NCBI GenBank assembly: GCA_002256025.1
Contig: NKIB01015318.1
Span: forward strand, 1 to 36,567
Origin: Asterionella formosa
Taxonomy: Eukaryota
Length of the DNA stretch: 36,567 bases
Direction of reading: 5' to 3'
Shown here: positions 10,348 to 20,797 of the stretch, piece by piece
Layout: each line of letters opens with the position of its first letter
Position numbering within the stretch: the first letter of the stretch is position 1
The notes under the pieces: generated by a model
The model's input: only the letters and a program-made list of their open reading frames with translations
Databases searched by the model: none
Told to the model about the DNA's origin: nothing
Position numbers and translations under genes: made by a program

Positions 10348-12213
10348 ATGCCTTGGTTCAAAAGTAAACAGCGGGACAATGCGAGCCATCAAGCGACCTT
10401 TTCCAAGCATCCAGCATGGATCCAGCGAAAGGCAGGCTTGAACAACCCTCTCAAAGCACTACTGGTCTTTGAGCTTACAAGGGATGGAAATCACGAGTAC
10501 AAAACGATGGCTCTGCGTGGACTTTACAACTACGTACTCAATGTAATTAAAACAAGACCACGGGAGTTACACACCCAAAGTCCCCAAAGGCACATTACGA
10601 CTGAGCTGGATTCAAAACCGTCGCAATCTTCCTGTCCCTCTGATATACATAGCAGACGAGGTACCATGGATTCCAAAGGAAAAAGTTGGAAAATCAATTC
10701 ATTCGCTTCTGGTTTTTCTGCTGAAGATGTGAAAGGAGATTCCAACGATGTAGATGAGGGCCTTCCACTACTTCCTGTTCAACCGATTGGAAGTGTCGGA
10801 CGAGAATCCGATGTAAAGGACAAGTTTACTATAGTCACGACAGGAGATGGTGAAGGGAAGAAGGAGCAAGAAAATTTATATTCTAATGCAAGGGATGATA
10901 GTTTCATCAACGAGACACCTGATGATCTATCTTCAACAAACAAAGCACGTGAGGCCAGATTTAAGACCGTTTCTGAGCCCATTCTATCGACCCATCACTT
11001 TACACACCGCGAACGTCTCGGGGGGTACTTGCACCCCCGTGATATGCGTCGACTGGTTGCGCCCTTTTCTGCAACAAATGAGCCTGAGCTTATTGTAAGA
11101 AGACATGCAATTTTACTAAACATGGACCCACTTCGGGCAATCGTCCTCAGCGATCGATTGCTTGTTATTGTCCCGAATGGCGCCGACTCCATTCTAGAAC
11201 AATTGGAAAAACGGGTTCGAGGAGGTTTACAGGAAATGGAAAGATCAATTTTTGAGCACAGTGATTCTAATGAGACATACCCAACCACGATGGAAAATAT
11301 TCAACCCCTCATAGGCACTCCCCCGCCAATTCAGGCCGATCCTAGGAGCTGGAACCTCGACATGGATTTAGCCGTCAAAGAGAAGGAATTAAGAGAACTT
11401 CTTGCTGCAAAAAAGTCGCAAGGAAAAAAGGGGGAAACTGAAAGTAAAATCAACGATGACTACGATGCCGATGAGTGGCTTGATATGGATAAACGTGACT
11501 GGATCAATGTGCCCTTTGAGCTTCAGTGTGTTGAGGCTGTGTTACACGTAGTTTGTAAGATGCTTTTTGACGAAGCGAAGGATCTTCAGAAAATCGCCTT
11601 AGATTCCATCGATTCATTGTTATTTGGTAACTCAAGCTCAAATAGTGGGAACGGTCACGACCTACTTCGACGGCTGAAGAATGACATGTCGCAGATGAGT
11701 CTGCGAGTGTTGGGTTTTATTCGTGCGCTGAATCTTGTTCTTGATGACGATGAAGATCTTGCTCTCATGAACCTCTCCAGGCTCATTTCACATCCTGAAA
11801 GGTTTATCCTTCCAGTTTCCGAAAAAGTTCTTCATGAGGAGTCTGATGAACCCGAACTCATACTTGAGGCTTACTTGCAGCAAGCGTTGAGCACTACAAA
11901 TGCTCTTGACTCTGTTAGAAACGAGTTAAATACTACTGAAGAATTGATGAATATGCAATTAGATGCAGTTCGAAATCGATTATTGTACATCAATACAGCT
12001 ACAGCATTTATGACTCTTGCTGTTGGTATTGCTTCATTTATCGGTTCTATCTTTGGAATGAATTTGATAAACCCTTTGGAAGGGCATCAAGTCGGCGACA
12101 GTCCGAAAATTTGGAACCAAGTTGTTCTGGTATCTTGTATTGGATCATTTGTGTTGTTTGTTTTCATGATGATTATGTTCGCCAGGATGGCAAGGTCAAC
12201 CTCATTTCATTAG
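10348..12213 (+). CDS. MRS2: MRS2/CorA-family magnesium transporter, paralog A
   Basis: LHPRDMRRL, ELIVRRHAILLNMDPLRAIV, PFELQCVEAVL, LDDDEDLALMNLS, ELILEAY, LDAVRNRLL, and the GMN signature (IFGMNL) between two C-terminal TM helices. Confidence 0.92.
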   Translation: MPWFKSKQRDNASHQATFSKHPAWIQRKAGLNNPLKALLVFELTRDGNHEYKTMALRGLYNYVLNVIKTRPRELHTQSPQRHITTELDSKPSQSSCPSDIHSRRGTMDSKGKSWKINSFASGFSAEDVKGDSNDVDEGLPLLPVQPIGSVGRESDVKDKFTIVTTGDGEGKKEQENLYSNARDDSFINETPDDLSSTNKAREARFKTVSEPILSTHHFTHRERLGGYLHPRDMRRLVAPFSATNEPELIVRRHAILLNMDPLRAIVLSDRLLVIVPNGADSILEQLEKRVRGGLQEMERSIFEHSDSNETYPTTMENIQPLIGTPPPIQADPRSWNLDMDLAVKEKELRELLAAKKSQGKKGETESKINDDYDADEWLDMDKRDWINVPFELQCVEAVLHVVCKMLFDEAKDLQKIALDSIDSLLFGNSSSNSGNGHDLLRRLKNDMSQMSLRVLGFIRALNLVLDDDEDLALMNLSRLISHPERFILPVSEKVLHEESDEPELILEAYLQQALSTTNALDSVRNELNTTEELMNMQLDAVRNRLLYINTATAFMTLAVGIASFIGSIFGMNLINPLEGHQVGDSPKIWNQVVLVSCIGSFVLFVFMMIMFARMARSTSFH

Positions 12214-13519
12214 GCATTTGAATAGTTGTGCTTGGCATTGAGTTATTTCTTCATTCTTGGGCACTTCACGAGTTTCTTCAAGAATTATTTTAGGGACCGC
12301 ATTACACACTACACAACCATAGCTAACTTCATAGAATAATGTTGGCCATAGAATCTGAGCATTCAATTATGGAGATTCCACTGAAATGGTTATTGCAGAA
12401 TTAATACAACAGAAATTCTCATACCATGACTCAATAAGTAGGTGAAACTCAAAGAATGACCAGGAAAAGCCAATTTCCAGCTGCTCACACAACTTATGGA
12501 CACTTAAAACAATTTCTGGGAAACGATGTAAAAGTGAACATAAAAATATGTCTGAACTTGATTCTCCATACTAGCTTCTTGTGATGCTTTGGAAGCACAA
12601 CTACAGGAATTTGGTAAGGGGTGTCATCATTGCGATGATAACAGTTACATCTAAGCCGCGAAATATGCAACTTTTCGGAATTTCATCTCCTTAGGAGTCT
12701 TAATTATGTGGTACTTCACATGAATTAGTGCTACTCTTACCATGAATAAGATTATTTCCTTCACTATTCCTTATCTTATAAGGGAAGTGTGATTCTTTTT
12801 TGTTGGTAGTGCTTCATTGTTAGTGGCGGCTGGCACCATAACCGGGAAGTGTTGCATGGTGCTCATGAACAGTCTTCAGATGGCCAGACATGCTTGCTGT
12901 TGCTTTTTTGGTATTACTAATATTAGTCTTAATCAATAGGAATCAGGTGTGCTACTATGTAGTTAGGTTATAAGTCTAGACTGAGATTTTTGGGGCCATA
13001 ATAGTTCAGCATGTGAGAAAGGATAATTCATATAGAATGATAAGTTTAAGGTACATAAACCTATTTTATGTCAGTATATTTTGCAAATATTATTGCATAT
13101 TTGTAAAGCTCATGTCCAGCACCTATAATATATAATAATAATATTTCTTTAAGGAGAATTAAACTAATAAATAGTGAAATTCCTACTGTAAAACATATGG
13201 AGACCAACGACAGACCCCTTGGACAAAAACGTCACATGGACAAAATGTTTCATGATGTTCATTCTATCAGCCCATGCATCATGGCTGTACATATGTTGGC
13301 CACCTTATGATTCATGTTCTGGCATCTCATAACAATAATAAGGGTAATACTCTGGAGTAAATGCATGATGCCCAGTAAAATCTCTTCATGTTGTTACCGT
13401 TATGACAGCATGGTCCCACATCATGCATGAATGATCCATTCTACTTGGTACATGCATTGTACATGGTAGAGTTCATGTTTCTTTAATGATCATGTTGTGT
13501 GAGATTGAATTACGGTTAC

Positions 13520-13631
13520 CAAGGAAATGGCTTTAGTGGTTTAGCACATTGCCTTTGATCTGAGGTTGTGAGGTTCAACTCCCGCAATTTTTTTGAGAAG
13601 CAATTGTTGGGTTCGACTCCCACACTCCTTG
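13520..13631 (+). mobile_element. tRNA-derived (SINE-like) head with two B boxes
   Basis: A box TGGCTTTAGTGG at 13528, B boxes GGTTCAACTCC at 13572 and GGTTCGACTCC at 13610, terminal CAAGGA/TCCTTG pairing. Shares ATGGCTT(T)AGTGG..TAGCACA with 8316-8378. Confidence 0.55.
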
Positions 13632-13674
13632 CCATCCTGCACAGTCTTGCCTGGTGTGCAAGAAATAGTGGGTT

Positions 13675-13697
13675 GGGGGGGGGGGGGGGGGGAGGGG

Positions 13698-13748
<51 letters not shown>

Positions 13749-13776
13749 GGGGGGCGGNNNNNNNNNNCCCCCCCCC
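13675..13776. other. Poly-G run, 10-N scaffold gap and poly-C; assembly-uncertain
   Basis: About 80 G, N at 13758-13767, then C9. The overlapping poly-Gly/poly-Pro ORFs are artefacts. Confidence 0.9.
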
Positions 13777-13897
13777 TATGAATATGCACAAACAGCTTGT
13801 GCCCCCTTCCTAGGTGGTCGGAGTTTTCCCTAGAGCTGCTGCTAAGACAATCACCTTTCGCAAAATGTGGTTGGGGACTCACCTACGCTAACCACAC

Positions 13898-14004
13898 TAG
13901 GGAAGCACAGGTGATGTTGGCAGGTAACCAGGTAGCACAATGAAAGACTTTCCTAGAAATAGGGGAGAACGACTAGGCTATAAAACATACTACCCTTTTG
14001 AATT
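13898..14004 (+). repeat. ~107-bp dispersed repeat, copy 1
   Basis: TAGGGAAGCACAGG...CCAGGTAGCACAATGAAA...CCTAGAAATAGGGGAG...GGCTATAAAACATA...TTTGAATT matches the reverse complement of 35160-35267. Confidence 0.85.
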
Positions 14005-16983
14005 AGGGTATCTGGTAGAGTACTAGAGTACCTGGTACCTGGTGCTTGTACCGTTACTGTTACTGTTATCACGATTTTCATAGGTTTCTCTATGAGATCA
14101 TCAGGGCAACATTTTGACAACTTCAAGAGCAATTGAAGATGCTCTCAGACAATCATTTCTTCGTTTCTTCTCATCGCTGTTGCTGTATTGTAAATGGAGC
14201 GGCTGCTGATGATAAACCAAAAAAACCACACTATTTTTGCTGTTAGTGCATCATTTTATTAGGAAACTTAAATACAGGAACATTATAGAAAAAATTCATA
14301 TAATATTTGGATAGGTCTAGTCGAAACGGTTACCATTTAAGTCATGACGATAATTATTGTGCTTATTAGATGATATATTGAAATAATACTATGATCAGAT
14401 CATGATCATCATTGTAATATGATGCATCATACCAAGATGATGAGTTTTAATTGCAGGCGTTGTGTTTTTTTTAATCAATGGTTTTGCTATTAGAAGTTGG
14501 CAACCCAGACAAGGCGAGCGTGCATCACCATTATCATATAACTGTCAACTTACAGGCCATTGGTAGAGAAGATTGCCGCTTTCTTTGGGCGTCCATTGAA
14601 TATCTATGGAATCATCTGGCAGTACACATGATTCAACTGAATTCTCTTAAACAAACTGTCACATGCATGGTTGTTTGAGCTTTCAACAACTGATGAACGA
14701 GGAAGTCTATTTTGGTTAAAAAGGGATGAAGCATTTATTCAAGGTGAGCTCTTCATCATGGCCTGGTCATTTTTTGTGTCAAGTGCTCCATACAAAGATT
14801 AATCCAATCATTTTTTTACGGGAGGAAACGAAAAATATGATTATTGAACGGGTTTTGGGAAAATTGTACGCAAGTTGGGGAGTATCGTGGAGGACACTCA
14901 TGAACAAAACATGATGCCTTTATCATATTGTATTGTTTGCCTTCTTTAGAATATTCCAATTGAGGTAGATGACATGGCCAATAGGTTGTTCTGAAATGGA
15001 ATATTTCGGAAGTAGAACTAGCCAAACTTGAGTGGAAAGATTGATAACCACACAGAATATTGGTTGATATGATGACAAAATCCACCATTAGGATGAATCA
15101 TACCCATTCCAGAAGCTAGGGAGATTGCCATATTTGGAAATAAACACTGATGCCCCCCCTAGAAACTGCTCCAGTATTGCGTCCTTAGTAATATTTAAGG
15201 CACTTTCAGGCCCCAGTTCAACCAATGCAAAATGGGATGGTATAATTATTCACATCTTGATTGATTTAAATGACTTCAAATTGGATCCTATATAATTGCT
15301 ATTATGTCAATATTATTTGCTGCTAATCATTTTAATTAATATCAAGATTACTTTGAACACTACTATCTTTGTTGTTGTCATCAATTGATTCGGGAATTGT
15401 CAGGCAGGAGTAGATCTCAATAAGTTGATTTGACTACTTCATTTTCTTATTTAAGTCATTGCTCATGTTACTGTTTAATGAAAACCTTGCCTCATCTCCT
15501 TCCATTAAAATAATTCATATGATTCTTGCTCTTGATCTCCTTGAATACAAATCTAACTCTCTTTTGACTTCCTTGCTCAGCAAGATTATTTTTGTAAGCT
15601 CCTTGATTGCACTTGCTGACTCTAATTGCTGAACCGAAGCATTAACTAACAAGCTGCTCAATGTCACAGCAAATATAATTTTATAACTTTCATCCAACTA
15701 TTCAGTAAGATCAATATATATTCGATATTTTCAGTTATTCTCCGTTGTTGCACTGTCTTTACAATATTGCACAAGCTTGCAGCCAAATCTGATTTTTCTG
15801 TGGAGATGGTTGCTGATAATGGTAGAAGATGAAGAGTTTTACCCCTACTGAGACTGGAGTTCTCTGCTATCACTTTCAAAATGTAAATTAAATAAGGCAA
15901 AGAATCACAAAAGGCAGGAAAAGCGTCTGTATTCATTTGACCAGATTGTCTTCATCTTAAATATCTCACAGAAAATTCATACCACTTGATGCGTCGCCTA
16001 TTGTGATTTACAGGAGTCCGCACTGTGCTTGAAAATTTGATGAAAGTTGGAATCATAATACTCCAAGTGGTCATTATCTGGGAATCTATATGGAGGCTTA
16101 TAGCCAGTGATATCATTGCAACAACATGAAATTACAGCACTCCATGTGGTATGATTGATGGCCCCATCTAGAGAGCCATCAATCTCTCCTAGGAAAGCAG
16201 GTTGGTGGAGTAAATCAATCCTTGGTTGCAACATATGATCAATCATAATTTTTATAAGCCGACTATTATCTGCACTCCTCCAGTTATGTGAAGCCAGATA
16301 GGGCGGATGCCATTGCTTCATCTTCCTCTGATGAGGCATGAATCTCATATGAAACAATGTGATGCACAATCAATCATCATTTTTGAATTGTTATTAGTAT
16401 GGAACCATAACTTGAAACAGTTTTCTTCATGTAATTGCCTTGCATATTTAAAGTAATATAGCATAGAGAAGAATCGACCATATTTTTCGCTTCTTCTGTT
16501 CACAAGTTTCGGATTTCATCAACTGACAAAATCTGCATTTTGGTAGAGCAGGCCACCATAAAGATAATTCATCGTTCAATAGAGCAGAGTGATCGGTGCA
16601 TTTCAGGAGAAGCAGGAATGAACCGCTTTCTGTGCATATCGCAGAAGCAGCACCAGATCCTTGTAAAAACTGATTCCTTCAATGTGCGAGGGAAGGATTA
16701 GGCATTCAGTGTTTGATGTGACTCCAGGAGGTACGACATTTTTTCGTGAAAGCCTTGATCTTTGTGATCAGGAAGGTCCGGTAATCAGCGCACATAGCAT
16801 GCAGGTTGCTCGTTTTCTGTTCATCGATTCACATACGAGAAAAGGCAGGGGTACACCCCCAAAAATTGTCGAACCCCTGAATTTTGCGCTACTTCGTTAT
16901 TCATTAAATAGTTGTTTACATAGACGTTAAGCCGTTTGTGGTTTTATAGTCAAAATGCACTTGAATTCAGCATTCAGTAAGAT

Positions 16984-17516
16984 GAAGTCAGCAGTCAGCA
17001 AAAGAAGTTAGCAGTCAGCGATTTTTTCAAATTTTTAGCGAATCAAGTCAGCAGTCAGCGAAACGAAGTCCGCAGTCAGTAGTTCTTAGCAAGTTGAAGT
17101 CAGCATTTTTACGATAGTTCATCATGGCAGCAATATGAAGAAGCAGATAACAAGGATTTTTTTCAGGCATCAATGTCTATTTCACTTTTTTATCATGTAC
17201 GGAGTACCAGGTACCTCTGGTGTGTTACTCCCAATAGTATGAACATAGAAGGCATCGCGTTTACTATCCCAACAACGAAAAGATGCATTTCCATCGATAT
17301 TCAAATATGAAAAGTAAACACGATTCATAGACCGGTACCTGTAGTTGGTCTCTTCCTGTGTACTGTACAAAGTAGGTTGCTTGACGTCAGCATGTTGAAG
17401 TTAGCAGTCAGCGACTGCATGTCAGTAGTCAGCGCATATTTAAAATTTTCAGCAAATCAAGTCAGCAGTTAGCAACAAGAAGTCCGCAGTCAGCAAGTTG
17501 AAGTTGGTAGTCAGCG
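16984..17516 (+). repeat. Two direct-repeat clusters built of AAGTCAGCAGTCAGC units
   Basis: Clusters at about 16984-17105 and 17385-17516, with shared higher-order blocks (AATCAAGTCAGCAGT, GAAGTCCGCAGTCAG, AGCAAGTTGAAGT). Confidence 0.85.
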
Positions 17517-17844
17517 ATTCTGCTGTGATAGGTGGCAGCGCTTTTCCGTTTGAAACTTTATAACGGTTATATAAATAAATGGAAATATTATGAGATTTTT
17601 TATCATTTCGGAATTTGTGAGCCGGTCAGACTTCCAATGAAGTAGGTTGAAACCGCTGCATGGAACTTTTAGAATATAGTGCGCCCAATGCGCTGATTGC
17701 CGGCCCTTCCAGTTAGTCATAGGAAATGATCCTATGCTGCCAGCAGAAATTTTCTTGCCTTCATCACCATTTTTGGAAGGAAGAGTGGCTGGTTGTTGGA
17801 CTGGTTATTCTTGAAGAAGATGATGATGCTAAAAATCATAATAT

Positions 17845-20167
17845 GTGGTCACTAAATTTTTAAGTACGCGTTATTGAGCCTCGACTATAGTGTGGAGTTC
17901 GTCGGGTCGTACCGGGGCGCAAAGCGCCCGGTTCAATCAGATGGACTGCTTAGACGGGTGAAGATGAAAGACGAGGGGTTGTGCAACGGATAAGTAATTT
18001 TCGGATTGTGCCCTGGCGGCGTTTGTCTTGTCGTATTTGGGATGTGAGGCGTGCTTAGTTGACCTGCACGATAGATTTGCCAGCCAGGCTGTCATTGCCA
18101 ATGGGGAATGAAGTAAGCGTTGAGAGAGAGGAAGGACAATTAGGTGTCCACATTCATCAGCTGGGACTGAGATCTGGTTTGAGTAAGCTGTAGTTATCTG
18201 TGTTCGAAGCAATATGGGTCGGTGTGCATTAGTGGCAAGGAGTGTGGCGCCATGGAAGAAATCATTGCCATTATTCCACTCTTCCATGGCATAGGCGCGT
18301 AAGGAGTTGATTAGTTATCTTGTCCAATTAGAGGCCAGGATTCATAGGATTGGCCGTTGGGATGTCTGATGGAGTGATAGGTTGTCATGGCATGGGCCCA
18401 AGAAACTGATAGAGTTCCCCTTAGGAGGTGGTTCCATCCTATAGCTGTTTTTTGGACATATGCCTGATAGGTAGTCCAAAGAAGAGGGTCAGTTGGAGAG
18501 GGGTCTGGAAGAGGCCAAAGTGGGGGAATGTCGCCATTTTCCCACAATTGGAGACCATGGGTAAGGGCAAGGAGAATCTGGGGAGGAGTGCTAATTTGGA
18601 TTTCAGATGGTCAGAGAGAGTGGTCCACTTTGTATCCCGAAAGTGGCAAGAAGCTGAGCAGGTGAGATTGTGGTCCTCAACGGCATTGGAGCAGCGTGGG
18701 CATAAGGAAGTTGGGGCTTTGCCACGGCGACGTAAGATTTTGTTGGTGGGCCATTGTCCATTTATTAACTTAAACATTGCTAATTTGCGTCCACATGATA
18801 AGTGTTTATATGCGCTGGTGGAAGACGTCCAGTCAATAGAGTCAGAGATTGCCTGCATCCATCCATGTCGTGTTTGGAAGAACGTGAATAGTTTGGGCTT
18901 ATAGTACGCTTTCAGAGTTGTAGGGATCATCTGAGAGGTAACTTGAGATCCCTGAAGAAGGGGGGTAGCGGGGACTTGAGTGGAAAGCGGAGTAATGGAG
19001 CGCTGGGGGCAGCGGAGATAGGCTAAATGAGTGAGTCCATCAACTTGGATATGAAGTTTTGCAGCCAGAGTTAAGGCTCATAGGGTTTGCTGTCGTCTTG
19101 ATGGCTTTTGATGTGAACCGCCTGGAGATCAACCGGGCGGAATAGATGCAAGGACCTTCTTCGATGAGTGGGCGGATAAGGTCCCGGTCTGGTTGGAGAC
19201 TGTGGCGAATTGAGTGTTGATGGTGGTGAGACAGACGCTTGACTAGGGCCTGGTTGTCGATGTGAGCTCTAGCGGTGAAAGGAGTAAGAGGATCTAGAAG
19301 ATCGTGGTATGTAAGAAGAGACCGAAGAGCAAGAACAGCAGCACTCTGTCCGGAAGGAGGAAAGGGCGGGAGTGGCGGTGAAGGTGGTGGTGTTGTAGCC
19401 AGAGAGTTGGGTGCCACTGGAGCGGCCATGAATAAACCATGCGAAAGAGCCGTGGGGAGAGCGGACTGATCCATCAGTTGCTACTTCAAAATTATTGGTT
19501 TTGATATCTCGGAGGAGTGGGAGAATATCGGGCGGGACGATAACCTGGCCAATATAATAATTGTCATAAGAGGAAAGGTAGGGGGAGAAGGTTGGTGGGA
19601 GATGTGATTCAGGGAGAAGGGAGGGGAGAATTCGAATATGGTGGGATAGAATTTGCGGGAATGGGAGCCAGGAAGAGACCGAACTTGGAATGGCAGAAGA
19701 GGGAAGAGTGGAGGTAAGTTGATTTGAAGTTGGTGTGAATCGGAGCCGAGAATTCCGACGATAAGGGAAAAAGAGGGAAGGATCATATGGGAGGCGACAA
19801 TAGAAGGTAGAAGATGGTGGATGCAAATATGTCGGCCAGTGTTGGTGAGAGGGTCCAGTGGGAAGCCATTTGAGGAGACAGCTTTGAGGGCGAAGGTGAG
19901 GGGAGCGCCGCGATTTGATGGTGAAGAGGCGTGAGAGTAGGCGTCTCCAAATTGTCCAGCTGGCTGGTGGAGCCAGGGCGGGTTTGATTGGGCCAGGAGA
20001 GATTGGACGAGACTCTATCGTTTTTGTAACCATTCCAAATGTCCTTATCAATGGTTTTGCCTGTACTGTCTACAATGTCGGACATAGCGAGAGCACCTGC
20101 AAGAAATACAGACGACGTCTATTGAATTTGATGATGGCAGGGGCAGTGATAGAAAAAGTGGCTGCCA
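17845..20167 (-). mobile_element. 5'-truncated non-LTR retrotransposon with RNase H (Ambal-like), frameshifted
   Basis: Minus-strand fragments EVATDGSVRSPHGSFAWFI, SSFRTE, HIDNQALVKR, VHIKSHQDD (RNase H), CPRCSNAVEDH (Cys/His motif), QKTAIGWNHLLRG.LS..W. Flanked by a perfect 19-bp direct repeat ATGCTAAAAATCATAATAT (17826-17844 and 20168-20186). Clade assignment is inference. Confidence 0.82.
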
Positions 20168-20544
20168 ATGCTAAAAATCATAATATAAAAATATAATCGC
20201 ATATCATATATCACCATCACCAGCACATAGAATAAACCAGCACAACACGCCAGCCAAACGCGCAGCTATGATAGCCCACCCTAAACCAAATTTATAATTG
20301 GCTACGCAAATGGTAGTACTACATGAAGTTTTATCAGTAAAATCGAGATTTGAATATTGATTTTCCTGCCACTTTCTCGTCTTGTTTTTCAGGAAAAAGA
20401 TGCTTGCATATTCTTTGACATCGTATCACTAGGTTTGCTCATCAGGAAATTTATTTAAGCAGCACTAAGAGAATGAACCTCATCCTTTCTTCATCCATGA
20501 TACATTTCATTTTGGACAGCAATTGCTTCGGGTCAGTTGACTGT

Positions 20545-20797
20545 GAGCTACAAACACATGAAAGACTCAAGAGAAACAGCAAGAAACACAAGGAGCTTGA
20601 CGAAAATGACTGGTATGCAACAACATGCATCATTCAATTGAAGAGCGCATTTGTCTATGTCCTAGCATCGGACTCGGGTCTGCAACCGCGCTTTGAGATA
20701 GACAATAACTCCAGCGTATGCAATGAGCTACAAACTCATGAAAGAATCAACGGAAACAGCAAGAAAGTCAGCTAAGGAGCTTGATGAAAATGGCTGG
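20545..20797 (+). repeat. Imperfect ~70-bp direct repeat with 180-bp spacing
   Basis: GAGCTACAAACACATGAAAGACTCAAGAGAAACAGCAAGAAA..AAGGAGCTTGACGAAAATGACTGG (20545) vs GAGCTACAAACTCATGAAAGAATCAACGGAAACAGCAAGAAA..AAGGAGCTTGATGAAAATGGCTGG (20725). Confidence 0.75.

Noticed and set aside
13516..13882. Poly-Pro/poly-Gly ORFs and a possible G-quadruplex
   Set aside because: They arise from a poly-G run next to an N gap; the length and sequence are unreliable.
16984..17516. CRISPR-like array
   Set aside because: Units are 7-15 nt and irregularly spaced, there are no unique equal-length spacers or cas genes, and the context is eukaryotic.
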